A DNA stretch of 64,000 nt from Methanobacteriota archaeon (GTDB taxonomy: Archaea; Thermoplasmatota; Poseidoniia; Poseidoniales; Thalassarchaeaceae). The translations under genes were made by a program, and so were the position numbers. Of the stretch, positions 29,692 through 39,916 are shown piece after piece. Below the pieces are notes generated by a model. It ran no database searches, was not told the DNA's origin, and worked only from the letters and a program-made list of their open reading frames with translations. The stretch covers positions 129,229 to 193,228 of the forward strand of contig JAOMRN010000001.1 in assembly GCA_028355015.1 (NCBI GenBank), read 5' to 3'. Position 1 is the first letter of the stretch; every line of letters begins with the position of its first letter.

Positions 29692-30282
29692 TCATTCTAC
29701 TTTTGAACTCAGATTCAAAGCCAATCCAAATGCTACTAATGAAATCATTACAGAATAGACACCAGGGTCGACCCATGTGGTATGTTTTATACTCCAAACA
29801 ATGTAGAACAATATCCCTATTATTACAAGCCAACTTGAAATCATTTCTTTCATATTATCTGCTTTGATAGTGTTCTTTACAAAATCACTATTTGGTAAAT
29901 CTAAAATCCAAGATATAACACCTCTTGAGGAAACATCCTCTCCAGCATCTACCTGAGTATTTGCTTTCTTCATGCCATAATCACCTGCTCCAATTAAGAT
30001 AACTCCAAATATTGCAAATACTGCATCGTCAATAACAAAACCGGTATCATTTGCTGCAAAGGCCTCCCCTGAAAATCCTAGGAAACCTAGCCAAGTAACC
30101 TTGTAACCAGGTGAATAAGCACCCTCAAATATATTTACAATTGATAGTATTATCACCCAAAAACCTAGCATCACTGCAGCAGTTGAAACCATGCTACTTG
30201 GTTTTGTTAGAGCCTCATTCCAGTCTGTCTGAGTCATGTTTATCACAGTCGGCGACCTACCCTTTTGGTTTAACGGTTTCAT
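29692..30282 (-). CDS. Hypothetical membrane protein
   Basis: 196 aa with about 5 hydrophobic helices. Confidence 0.5.
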   Translation of the reverse strand: MKPLNQKGRSPTVINMTQTDWNEALTKPSSMVSTAAVMLGFWVIILSIVNIFEGAYSPGYKVTWLGFLGFSGEAFAANDTGFVIDDAVFAIFGVILIGAGDYGMKKANTQVDAGEDVSSRGVISWILDLPNSDFVKNTIKADNMKEMISSWLVIIGILFYIVWSIKHTTWVDPGVYSVMISLVAFGLALNLSSKVE

Positions 30283-30296
30283 CGATGGTATAATCC

Positions 30297-31535
30297 TTAA
30301 AGTCTACTTTGTAGCATATATTTTCCTTGAGCGGCTTCTTCTATTTGGGGGTCATTAAGACTTAGAATCTTAATTGAATCTATAGTTTTAGGTATTGCAG
30401 AGTTTACTTGTTTACTACGGCCACCTCGGCCTTTACTGACATTCCTAGCCATAATTAATCCGAGAGTATCCAATTCATTGATTAGTGCTGAGATTCTTCT
30501 TGGAGTTAGAGGTTCAATATTTATCTTCATACATGCTTGAGAATATGTTCTGAAAATTTCTCCTGTAGATATATTTCTTGTTCCATTTTCTTCATTTATT
30601 ATTATGCAAAACAACACTAATTTTTGATGTAGAGGCAGAGTTCTCAAAACAGGAGTCACTTGGTCATGTTCAAGTTGAGATTGAGCTAAACGAACATGCT
30701 TAGGATCAACTTTAGTTTGAGATCTTTGCTCGGCTTTCTGTACTGAAATTCTCAATAAATCCAAGGCTCTTCTTGCATCTCCATGCTCTTGTGCTGCTAA
30801 AGCAGAACATAATGGGATGACTCCACTTTCTAAAGAATCAATCTTTAGTCCCGTACGAACTCTTTCTTGTAATATGTCCTGAATTTCTTGAGCCCCATAT
30901 GGGTGAAAAACAATATCCTCTTGGCTCAATCTTGAGCTAACACGCGGATCTAATTCTTGTGTGAAATTCAAGTCATTGCTAATACCAATAATACAGCATC
31001 TAGCATTTTTTAATATTGTATTTAAGTTAGTTAAACTATAAAGTAAACCTGAACCAGCCTTAGCAACTAGATTATCAATTTCATCTAAAACTAAGATATG
31101 TACCCCCCCTACTCTGTCCATCCGTTGTATAAGAGTTTCAAGTACTCTATCAGTTGGCCAACCGGTGAATGGTATAGGCGAGTCTCCACGTTGGTTAAGT
31201 TGACTGGCAAGAGTCTGAACTACTCTATACTTAGTATCGACATTTCTACAGTTTACTTCATAGGTTTGGACCGGATGTCCCATCTGCCTACCCTTCTCAA
31301 GTAATTGGCCTAGAACAAATCTTGTCACTACTGTTTTACCAGATCCTGGTACTCCATAAAGTACCATATTAGATGGGATATGGCCATTTAATGCATCGAC
31401 CAGATTTCTTACTAATGACTCGACTTCCTGTTCTCTATGAGGCAGATTACTAGGTTCGAAAGCATGGTCAAATGCTTTACGATCTATGAAAAGAGACTCT
31501 TGTCCGAGAATTTTCTCGAAAATATTTCCCTCCAT
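30297..31535 (-). CDS. cdc6: Orc1/Cdc6 replication initiator
   Basis: 412 aa. It has Walker A 'GVPGSGKT', Walker B 'LVLDEID', sensor regions and a C-terminal winged helix ('LINELDTLGLI'). Confidence 0.9.
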   Translation of the reverse strand: MEGNIFEKILGQESLFIDRKAFDHAFEPSNLPHREQEVESLVRNLVDALNGHIPSNMVLYGVPGSGKTVVTRFVLGQLLEKGRQMGHPVQTYEVNCRNVDTKYRVVQTLASQLNQRGDSPIPFTGWPTDRVLETLIQRMDRVGGVHILVLDEIDNLVAKAGSGLLYSLTNLNTILKNARCCIIGISNDLNFTQELDPRVSSRLSQEDIVFHPYGAQEIQDILQERVRTGLKIDSLESGVIPLCSALAAQEHGDARRALDLLRISVQKAEQRSQTKVDPKHVRLAQSQLEHDQVTPVLRTLPLHQKLVLFCIIINEENGTRNISTGEIFRTYSQACMKINIEPLTPRRISALINELDTLGLIMARNVSKGRGGRSKQVNSAIPKTIDSIKILSLNDPQIEEAAQGKYMLQSRL

Positions 31536-31924
31536 TTTTTATCACCACTGTGTTATGTTATCTCTCGTGTCCTATTACCATACTCGGAGAAGGTCGCTAG
31601 AACAACGGGGATTCTTGACGAGACGCTTGGAGGTAATAAGTGATTCCAAACCGAGGTGAGGTAAGGCTTAGATTTTATTCCTTTAGTATGGTTTATATCA
31701 AAGTGTTCTCATTGTTAATTTTTCGCAATTAATACTTATCCAGTGACTTATTTTCTTTCTTTTTTTAACATTTCAAAACATTGTCTCTTAGATGATGAAT
31801 TTTTAATACATTAATCTTTTTTTTTAAAACAAATAATTTCCTTCTACAAACTTCTTAAATTTATTTTTTTAGAGATTTTTCTATTGAATATTAAAGAATA
31901 TTTTTTTCTGCTATATAATGGAAG
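31536..31924. other. Candidate replication origin (AT-rich unwinding region next to orc1/cdc6)
   Basis: A 389-bp non-coding gap upstream of cdc6. A moderately GC-rich block at 31560-31670 is followed by an extremely AT-rich section (31680-31920) with many T tracts of 7-10 nt. Confidence 0.45.
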
Positions 31925-32728
31925 TTATTTTTCTTCACCTTTTTTTAACAATCTGACTGGCCCATTTTCATCAAATATTATTGCATCCCCATCTTCTAGT
32001 TGATGAACATTTTCAGGTAACTCAGGTATTGGAAAACCTTCGGAATTATTTTTTGAGCTTGCATAATTATGAGTGACTAAAATCATTTTATCAGGGTTTC
32101 TTTCAGAAAGATCTTTTACGCCTTTAGGTGTGTAATGGTAAGGGAAATCTCCTATGTCTGGCATACCCATTTCTAAAATTATGACATTGGCATTTACAGT
32201 TCTTTTCTCAATTTCTTCACAAGGCCCCGAATCTCCACAATGTAATACTACAAACTTATTTTTATGTTTTAATTCATAGCCGTGTGGATCGGTTTCAGGG
32301 GTATGACACACGGGAAATCTTTCGAATTTCCAGTTAGTGCCTGTAAGTTCTGCCTCTTCCATTTCATTCCAATTAGCCATTGTATCAAACTCATTTTCTA
32401 AGCTTCCTGGAAATCCCATATTACATAGATTAGTTAGAAATTCTTTACCTCTAGGTCTTAGATAAATATTCAGTTCTTGTTCATTCTTTGTATCAGAAAT
32501 ATATTTTCTTTCTAGTAAAAAGAATGGGAACCCGAATGTGTGATCTGCGTGCCAATGTGTGAATAATAAATGACTAATTTGGGAGGTTCTGATTCCAAAT
32601 TTTCGGAGTTGAGGAATTAGTGATGGAGGCGCGTCGATCATAATTTTTCGATCAATCACTGCTAGTGCATGTGATCTCCCTAAAGGTGTAAAGGCATTGC
32701 CAGTACCTAGGAAGTCGATGCGACTCAT
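31925..32728 (-). CDS. Metallo-beta-lactamase-fold hydrolase
   Basis: 267 aa with the 'LFTHWHADHTFG' HxHxDH motif. Confidence 0.7.
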   Translation of the reverse strand: MSRIDFLGTGNAFTPLGRSHALAVIDRKIMIDAPPSLIPQLRKFGIRTSQISHLLFTHWHADHTFGFPFFLLERKYISDTKNEQELNIYLRPRGKEFLTNLCNMGFPGSLENEFDTMANWNEMEEAELTGTNWKFERFPVCHTPETDPHGYELKHKNKFVVLHCGDSGPCEEIEKRTVNANVIILEMGMPDIGDFPYHYTPKGVKDLSERNPDKMILVTHNYASSKNNSEGFPIPELPENVHQLEDGDAIIFDENGPVRLLKKGEEK

Positions 32729-32851
32729 AGTTGTCGACTAGGTATCTCAGACTTGACTTAATCGCTTCGAAGGTGACTTAATACTGCTCTTCTTCAGCAT
32801 CTATTCATAAACAGGTTTCAACTCGGGCAGTATAATAGTTGAGGTGTTGTA

Positions 32852-34132
32852 ATGACTGTCTGGAACGCAAAAAATCCCTATACATCTAAATTAACTGAGA
32901 ACTATGTTCTTAATGGTAAAGGTTCAGGTAAAGAAACTCGCCACATAGTCTTCGATTTAGGAGACTCTGGATTAGAATACAAGGCAGGTGATGCGCTGGG
33001 TGTAATACCCATTTGTCCTCCTGAAATAGTAGCCGATCTTCTCTCGTTGGGAGGTTTCACCGGTGAAGAGCAAGTAGAGACTAATCTGGGTATTTGTAGT
33101 CTACATGAAGCATTATCTACGAGATATGAGGTTCATAGAGTCTCGAAAAAATGGATTGAAGGTCTCGGTTCAAGGGTAGTTTCAGGTGATGGCCCTATTG
33201 AAATCAAAATAGTTAGTCGAGATAGAGTTTCAACATCGGATGGTTCAACTGTTATGAGTTGGAATGGTTCAGGGAATGAAGATGATTTGCCATCGGGTTA
33301 TTCTGAGATTATTTCTCCAAATGATCCTGCTGAGGAACTTTGGAATAAATTAACCTCTGATCCAAAATCCATGGAAGACTATATGTGGACTAGAGATTAT
33401 GTTGACACTCTTAGGGATTTCAGTAATATTTCATTCACTCCTCAAGAATTTATTGATGGCATGGACCGATTAAAGCCTAGACTTTATTCTATAGCTAGTA
33501 GTCCTGAGTTTGAACCAGGTACAGTTCATTTAACCGTAGGAATTGTACGTTATAGTTATCATGAACGAGATAAGGCCGGATTAACTACGGGCTATCTCTC
33601 GGATAGATGTATAGTTGAAGAAACTCCAATTGGTGTATTCATGTCCCCTACTAGGTCATTTATTTTACCTGAAAAGGGAGATGTTGACTGTATTATGGTA
33701 GGTCCTGGTACCGGAATAGCTCCATTCAGGGCTTTTTTACAACAAAGAGATTTGAATGGTGACAGCGGTCGGAATTGGTTATTCTTCGGAGACTGGACTG
33801 AGGAAGGCGAGTATTACTACAAAGAAGAAATGGATGATTGGAAAGATCGAGGTATACTCAATAAACACGACCTTGCTTGGTCACGTGATGGTTCCGAGAA
33901 GGTTTATGTCCAGCATTTGATGAGAGAAAATGGTTCCGAAATATGGGATTGGATTCATGGCGGTGGATATTTCTACGTCTGTGGAGATAAATCCCGAATG
34001 GCTAAAGATGTACATCAAACACTGATTGATATTTGTTCTGAGCATGGTGAAATGAGTCAAGAAGATGCTAAATCTTTCGTTGAAGAAAGTATGATGAAAA
34101 AGGAAAAGCGTTACTTGCGAGATGTCTATTGA
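32852..34132 (+). CDS. FAD/NADPH-binding ferredoxin-reductase-type protein (CysJ / P450-reductase C-terminal module, no flavodoxin domain)
   Basis: 426 aa with 'RLYSIASSP', 'GPGTGIAPFRAF', 'YVCGD' and a C-terminal 'RYLRDVY'. Confidence 0.7.
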   Translation: MTVWNAKNPYTSKLTENYVLNGKGSGKETRHIVFDLGDSGLEYKAGDALGVIPICPPEIVADLLSLGGFTGEEQVETNLGICSLHEALSTRYEVHRVSKKWIEGLGSRVVSGDGPIEIKIVSRDRVSTSDGSTVMSWNGSGNEDDLPSGYSEIISPNDPAEELWNKLTSDPKSMEDYMWTRDYVDTLRDFSNISFTPQEFIDGMDRLKPRLYSIASSPEFEPGTVHLTVGIVRYSYHERDKAGLTTGYLSDRCIVEETPIGVFMSPTRSFILPEKGDVDCIMVGPGTGIAPFRAFLQQRDLNGDSGRNWLFFGDWTEEGEYYYKEEMDDWKDRGILNKHDLAWSRDGSEKVYVQHLMRENGSEIWDWIHGGGYFYVCGDKSRMAKDVHQTLIDICSEHGEMSQEDAKSFVEESMMKKEKRYLRDVY

Positions 34133-34191
34133 TTGTTAAATTTAGGATTTTTTTTCCGATGCAATCATAGTGTACCTTTCGTTGCCAGAGA

Positions 34192-35529
34192 ATGATGTTT
34201 AGAAGAGTCCTCATTGCAAATCGTGGAGAAATCGCTCTACGAATTCTTCGTTCGCTACATTCATTAGGTATAGAGGCGGTAATGATATATGGCCGAGAGG
34301 ATAGGATATCGACTCCTGTAAGATTGGCAGATGAATCCGTATATATCCCTCGCGATGACCCTCTGGCGTCTTACTTAGATATCGAAGCAATTGTTGCAGC
34401 CGCCAAAGAGGTGGGAGCCGACGCAGTTCATCCAGGTTATGGTTTTCTCGCTGAAAATCCTACCTTTGCGAGAAGACTTTCTGAAGAGGGGATAATTTTC
34501 ATTGGTCCCAGCCCTGAAGTTCTTCAATTATTAGGCGATAAAATTACTGCTAGAGAGGCGATGTCAAAAGCGGGTCTTCCTATTGCTAGAGGTTCACCAG
34601 GTCCTATATCAAATCCGGAAGAAGCGTCAATAATCGCTGAAGAAATTGGTTTCCCTGTAATCATAAAAGCGGCAGCCGGAGGAGGTGGTATAGGTATGCA
34701 AGTGGTAGAATCTTCTGAGGAATTTGAATCTGCTATGCAACTTTGTCAAGGGCGTGCACTTTCTGCTTTCGGCGATGATAGAGTATTTTTAGAGAAATTT
34801 ATCGAAGGTGCACAGCATATTGAATTCCAAGTTTTGGGAGATGGTAAAGATGCGATTCATTTTGGTGAAAGATTTTGTTCAATCCAAAGAAGGCATCAGA
34901 AAATACTTGAAGAAGGTCCTTGGTTATCCGAAGAAATAAGGCAAGAAATTGGCAATAAAGTAGTCGAGGGCGCTAAGGCAGTAGGGTACTGTGGATTAGC
35001 TACGTTTGAGTTTCTCAGGGATTCTAATGGAGATTTTTATTTTTTAGAGGTTAATCCTAGAGTACAAGTTGAGCATACGGTTACAGAAATGATTACTGGG
35101 ACTGATTTAGTATCTTTAGGAATAAGGGTAGCATCGGGCGAAGAAATAAGGCTTAAGCAGAATGATATTAATATCAATGGTCATGCCATACAAGTTAGAT
35201 TAAATGCAGAAAATCCTGTTACTTTAGCACCATCTCCTGGTAAATTATGGGAATGTCACTGGCCTGGTGGTCCTGGTGTGAGAATTGACACTCACGCTTA
35301 TACTGGTTACGACATGCCTTCTTCATTTGATAGTCTGTTAGCGAAATTAATTGTTTGGGCTCCTTCTAGGGATGAATCTATTGCAAAATTGAAAGCGGCT
35401 TTATCGGAAACGAAATTATTGGGTGTTGATACTTTAATCCCACTACATCAAGCGATTTTATCAGAAGATGACTTCCGTAAAAGAAATATTACTATACACT
35501 ATCTCGAAGAACATAAAAACTTGTTATGA
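34192..35529 (+). CDS. accC: Biotin carboxylase subunit of an acyl-CoA carboxylase
   Basis: 445 aa with 'VLIANRGEIALRI', 'HPGYGFLAEN', 'KAAAGGGGIGM' and 'EVNPRVQVEH'. Confidence 0.9.
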   Translation: MMFRRVLIANRGEIALRILRSLHSLGIEAVMIYGREDRISTPVRLADESVYIPRDDPLASYLDIEAIVAAAKEVGADAVHPGYGFLAENPTFARRLSEEGIIFIGPSPEVLQLLGDKITAREAMSKAGLPIARGSPGPISNPEEASIIAEEIGFPVIIKAAAGGGGIGMQVVESSEEFESAMQLCQGRALSAFGDDRVFLEKFIEGAQHIEFQVLGDGKDAIHFGERFCSIQRRHQKILEEGPWLSEEIRQEIGNKVVEGAKAVGYCGLATFEFLRDSNGDFYFLEVNPRVQVEHTVTEMITGTDLVSLGIRVASGEEIRLKQNDININGHAIQVRLNAENPVTLAPSPGKLWECHWPGGPGVRIDTHAYTGYDMPSSFDSLLAKLIVWAPSRDESIAKLKAALSETKLLGVDTLIPLHQAILSEDDFRKRNITIHYLEEHKNLL

Positions 35530-35541
35530 GGAGGTAGTATT

Positions 35542-36504
35542 TTGGAAATAGTGATTGTAGGGAGTATTGGTTATGACGATATATCGACTCCCGAAGCAGA
35601 GGGTTCAGACCTATTAGGAGGCGCAGCTACGTATGCTGGTTTATCAGCAGCCTTCCATAGCCTAGATGATAACCAAAAATCTCCTAAAATAGGTATTGTA
35701 AGCGCAGTTGGACAGGATTTTTCTACATCTGATCAATTAAAACTAGAATCTTCTGGATTAAATCTTGCAGGAGTAGTGATGCGAAATGGCGATACATTCC
35801 GGTGGTCAGGTAAATATCAAGGTTCTATGGAAAATGCTCAAACTATTTCGACTGATGTCAATGTATTAGAAAATTTCAATCCAGAGGTGCCAGAATCGTG
35901 GAGAACCCCTCAAGTGTTGTTCTGTGCTAATACTCATCCTGCAACTCAAGTTTCGGTATTAGATCAATGCCCCAGCGCAGTAATTACAGCCCTTGATTCT
36001 TTTATGTTATGGATAAAGGAAGAAGAAAAAACACTTTCAGAAGCTCTTCGTAAAGTCGATATAGCAATACTGAATGAAGAAGAAGTCTGTGCTATCGCTC
36101 ATGATGATGTTCTTCCCCGTGCTATTAGCTCTCTTCAGTCAGGTTCTGCTTTGTATGGTGGAGAGTCGGCTGGTCATGGTCCACGTTGTATCATTGTCAA
36201 GAGAGGGAGTAGTGGAGTACTTGCTAAGTTTCCATTTGGATTTATTGCCCTACCTGCTTACCCGATAGCCAATGTTGTCGATCCTACTGGATGCGGTGAT
36301 TCATTTGCTGGTGCATTTTTAGCAAACATATCTGGGAGGCCAGGTGCATTGAATGATATCGATACTATTCGTAATGCTTTAATTCATGCAACTGTTACTG
36401 CATCTTTCACAATAGGTGGCTTAGGGACTTCCAGTATTTCTAAAATTCAGCGCGGATTGTATCATGCAAGATTAGATAGATTTAGAAGAATTGTCGGTTT
36501 GTAA
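35542..36504 (+). CDS. PfkB-family carbohydrate/nucleoside kinase
   Basis: 320 aa with the 'DPTGCGDSFAGAF' signature. Confidence 0.75.
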   Translation: MEIVIVGSIGYDDISTPEAEGSDLLGGAATYAGLSAAFHSLDDNQKSPKIGIVSAVGQDFSTSDQLKLESSGLNLAGVVMRNGDTFRWSGKYQGSMENAQTISTDVNVLENFNPEVPESWRTPQVLFCANTHPATQVSVLDQCPSAVITALDSFMLWIKEEEKTLSEALRKVDIAILNEEEVCAIAHDDVLPRAISSLQSGSALYGGESAGHGPRCIIVKRGSSGVLAKFPFGFIALPAYPIANVVDPTGCGDSFAGAFLANISGRPGALNDIDTIRNALIHATVTASFTIGGLGTSSISKIQRGLYHARLDRFRRIVGL

Positions 36505-36505
36505 T

Positions 36506-38341
36506 TTATTCCAATCTTCTGATACCTCTTACATGTCCTGAATCATCTTTATTTGAAGTTCTACGCATTTGATTGAATTTCAACATAGGTTGTTCTTCAG
36601 CAATTAATACTGTAGGGCTATGTTCTTCACCTCTTGAAACACGATTAACTACTTGGTCCATAGCATCTCTTCCAGATAGAGAAGGCTTGGTATTATTTAT
36701 GTTTAGAATTCTATTATTCGCGCTATCTGCTTGATGTTCTTGATCACTCCTTAGCCTTAGGTGCTGTTGAGTTTGAAACCTAGATTTTTCGTTTACTTCG
36801 ATTCCATCTGGGTCACCATATTCTGAGGCATAACTTAGATTTTCGCTCATGTAATTACGAGATCTAGGTACTAAAATCCTCTCAAGAATACCCAATTTTC
36901 TTTTTCTAACCGGCGGTTTTCTTAGTACTAACCGCCCGTCTCCAAGCGAATTAGCAATTTTCAATAATCCGGGGAATTCTCCTAAGTCAGTAGGTTCAGG
37001 TAATGCAGCATTAATTTGTGCTTCTCTTCGTAATGATTGTTGAGCTCTAGCTTTTTTTACCAAGCCTGGTTTACATTCTATTCTCACGGCTTCATCCGTT
37101 GGTGCAGGTAATAGGCCGTTCTGATAATTATTCATTGGGCTACGTTTTAATCCATTAGCAGCCTTTATCATTTCTGCACTCGATATTGGTCTTTCGTGTA
37201 TTTCTGTTCCTGTACTGTATGCCCCAAAGATTGAGATTTCAGAATCATTATTCTTATTTCGTTGTTCAATATATTGTTCAGGTGCAGAATAAGATGATTC
37301 TTGTAAAGGCGGTGGTGAATAATTTACAGGTTCTGTTAATGATGATGGGGCAGGGTCAGCATCAAACATTCCACCTAATTCAAAACCAAACATATCAGAA
37401 CCCATATTTTCAGTATCGAACTCGGTACGATTTTCTGTTTTTTTCTCATTATACCACGATGGTTCATTTCTACCCCATGTTTGTTGATATGCCGAAGTTC
37501 TTTCAGTAATTTCTTGCCTATTCTCATTTAAATTTACATGTGTATTAAAATTTGTATCTATAATTGGTACTTGAGTTTCAAAAAGTGGTATATTCTCCTC
37601 AGGATGGAGTCTATTGTAATCGACTGGGGGTTCATTATAATCTTGTAAGGGCTGAATTTGATTATCAATATCTATTTTTGTCTCTTCTATATTTGGTGCA
37701 CTAAGGAGCCTTTTCGGTTTCATTATAGTATTTGTACTTCTAAATTCTCTTTCTAAGGATGCTTTTGCTTCTGCAACTGATTGACCATTACTTACCTTTT
37801 GAATAATCATTTGTATTCTTAATAGAGTTTCTTGATCATTCAACCTCGATTGAATTATGTGTCTGTCTCCAATATTAGTTTCAATAACTAGTGCGGGATT
37901 TTTGAATAGAAAGTATGAGATTGCTGAACTAGCACCTAGAATCGAGACAGCATATCCGAGAGGTGGAATTAATGCTGTAGCGCCTAAGTAACAGGCGGCT
38001 CCCCCCCATAACACAGTACCTGCAGGTACTTTTGGAATATCGATACTCCTAGTTCTCGAAATAGAAGCCAAATCAAGTCTTATACCCTTTTTTAGGCTAT
38101 TTGATAGAACTAGCTGACGCTGAGTTATGGCAATCCTGAATTTACCCCCTACCCCAACCAAAGAGAGGTTGCCGAACAGTGCCGACTCTCCCTCATCCGG
38201 TCGGGCATTACGCCCGAACGTGTGCATCCAGCACGCGAGCGACTCATTGACGATATAATAACTCGGTTCATTGACCCGATAAATCAGTCTCTTCGTGTAC
38301 GTTTTGTCTCTCGCCGTTTTTTTAGAAAACGGTAGTGCCAA
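36506..38341 (-). CDS. Hypothetical protein with central TM segments
   Basis: 611 aa. No motif recognised. It overlaps the upstream gene by 20 nt. Confidence 0.5.
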   Translation of the reverse strand: MALPFSKKTARDKTYTKRLIYRVNEPSYYIVNESLACWMHTFGRNARPDEGESALFGNLSLVGVGGKFRIAITQRQLVLSNSLKKGIRLDLASISRTRSIDIPKVPAGTVLWGGAACYLGATALIPPLGYAVSILGASSAISYFLFKNPALVIETNIGDRHIIQSRLNDQETLLRIQMIIQKVSNGQSVAEAKASLEREFRSTNTIMKPKRLLSAPNIEETKIDIDNQIQPLQDYNEPPVDYNRLHPEENIPLFETQVPIIDTNFNTHVNLNENRQEITERTSAYQQTWGRNEPSWYNEKKTENRTEFDTENMGSDMFGFELGGMFDADPAPSSLTEPVNYSPPPLQESSYSAPEQYIEQRNKNNDSEISIFGAYSTGTEIHERPISSAEMIKAANGLKRSPMNNYQNGLLPAPTDEAVRIECKPGLVKKARAQQSLRREAQINAALPEPTDLGEFPGLLKIANSLGDGRLVLRKPPVRKRKLGILERILVPRSRNYMSENLSYASEYGDPDGIEVNEKSRFQTQQHLRLRSDQEHQADSANNRILNINNTKPSLSGRDAMDQVVNRVSRGEEHSPTVLIAEEQPMLKFNQMRRTSNKDDSGHVRGIRRLE

Positions 38342-39314
38342 TAATGCGCATGGGCATGGCGTCTAATTGAGAAATAATTACCGGAGGGCTCCGTTCTAAC
38401 CTTGTCCATAGGGGTACCTCCCAATCAACAGTTACAATTGACTTTTCTTTATTGGTAATTCTTCCAACTACAAATTGCATATCTACTGCTGCATGTATTA
38501 TGTCACCGACCTCTAACTCTCGCTTCTGGAAAGGCGCTTTGTTTATTTCAAAAGTAGATTCAGTATTCTTAATTAACGCTCCTGAATCTAAATGTGTAAC
38601 CATACAACCTCTGTGTAACGTTTCTTCTCTAAGATTTCTTATTGCTAAGCCAACTCTATCTCCTGATACAGCGATTTCTACATCATCATCCATTACTTGT
38701 AGACTTCGAACAATCCCATTTTCTTCTGCAGGTAAAACCTGTATTGTATCGTGTTTAGATACAGAGCCAGATTGTACATATCCGATTGCCACTAAACCAA
38801 CTCCTTTAACATTAAAATGTTGGTCGACTGGTATAATTAAACTTCCTTCATTTCCTTTTGTATATTCCATTAGAGAAAATAACTTCTCTCTAATTTCATG
38901 TTCATCAGGTACGGTTTCAAATAAATCCCAATCTTTTAGTCCCGATTGATGAATAATCATTTTCACCTGCTCAGGATCTACCCAACCTCCAGATTCAGGA
39001 TTTATTATTATGAGTCCTTTTTTTATTCCAGCACATCCAAAGGATACGCAAATCTCCCCTAATGATGCATCTACTTTCGAAACCTCAATAATTCCGACTT
39101 TGGCTACATTTAACACTGAAAGCAAAGGCCTTATCTTTTCAGGATGTTTAAGTGGTCTTAGTAATGAAATTATTTGTGTAACTCCATTTCTTTCTTCTTT
39201 GAATACATAAGATTCAATATCTCTAACATCTCCTTTTTTAGCGATACTTCTGGCAAGATTTTCCGAACCAACGAAGGCAATATTGAGTACAGGCACAAAT
39301 ATCCGAATAGCCAT
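38322..39314 (-). CDS. EF-Tu/SelB-like protein with degenerate G domain
   Basis: 330 aa. 'PVDQHFNVKGVGLVAIGYVQSGSVSKHDTIQVLP' is an EF-Tu domain II beta-barrel. The N-terminus 'IAFVGSENLARS' lacks a GxxxxGK(S/T) P-loop. Confidence 0.55.
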   Translation of the reverse strand: MAIRIFVPVLNIAFVGSENLARSIAKKGDVRDIESYVFKEERNGVTQIISLLRPLKHPEKIRPLLSVLNVAKVGIIEVSKVDASLGEICVSFGCAGIKKGLIIINPESGGWVDPEQVKMIIHQSGLKDWDLFETVPDEHEIREKLFSLMEYTKGNEGSLIIPVDQHFNVKGVGLVAIGYVQSGSVSKHDTIQVLPAEENGIVRSLQVMDDDVEIAVSGDRVGLAIRNLREETLHRGCMVTHLDSGALIKNTESTFEINKAPFQKRELEVGDIIHAAVDMQFVVGRITNKEKSIVTVDWEVPLWTRLERSPPVIISQLDAMPMRIIGTTVF

Positions 39315-39353
39315 CCCTTGTTGAAAGGAACGGTGACAAAGTTATCGTTATGT

Positions 39354-39812
39354 TCAACTCATAGCTTCTCTTGCTCTTTGGGCAGCATTCCATAAATCCT
39401 TTTCCTCATCAGTTATTGGTTTGAATTGTGGTATATTAATTGCCTTCATATCTCTATCGATAGCAACCATGAAAAAGAAACCAGAGCAAATTTCTTCTCC
39501 AATCCATTCAGACCTTGATAATCTACAAGATATGACATGTATACCCGCCGTCCTTGGAGAGGTCCAAACTACTTTTGCGGTGGTGCGAATAACATCTCCT
39601 TGGTATGCAGGTCTTCTAAATTTTAGTGCATCTACTGATACAGTGACAAAATTTCTATGAGCGAACTTAGATGCTGCCATTCCAGCAGCGGTGTCCATTA
39701 TCGCCATTAGCCTTCCTCCAAATAATGTATCTAGAGCATTGGTATCTCCTGGAAATACCTCATTTAGTTGTATTACTGGGTCTGTGGAGTAGGCCTCATC
39801 CATGTCTATCAA
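39354..39812 (-). CDS. Hotdog-fold acyl-CoA thioesterase
   Basis: 152 aa with 'GGRLMAIMDTAAGMAA'. Confidence 0.7.
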   Translation of the reverse strand: MIDMDEAYSTDPVIQLNEVFPGDTNALDTLFGGRLMAIMDTAAGMAASKFAHRNFVTVSVDALKFRRPAYQGDVIRTTAKVVWTSPRTAGIHVISCRLSRSEWIGEEICSGFFFMVAIDRDMKAINIPQFKPITDEEKDLWNAAQRAREAMS

Positions 39813-39916
39813 GTCCTCTCAAACACTCATCAAACTTGAAACCATCATATTGTTTTTACGAAAATAACTCATTTTCGAACCGTTGTATTCAATCCTGAGT
39901 ACTGTTTCGGACAGCC

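Noticed and set aside
38452-38949. Long antisense ORFs inside confident genes. Examples are 38452-38949, 23799-24209, 15733-16032, 60605-60997, 25766-26101, 10043-10342 and the small ORFs at 288-1172.
   Set aside because: They are shadow frames opposite genes with clear family signatures. They have biased, low-complexity translations and no motifs.
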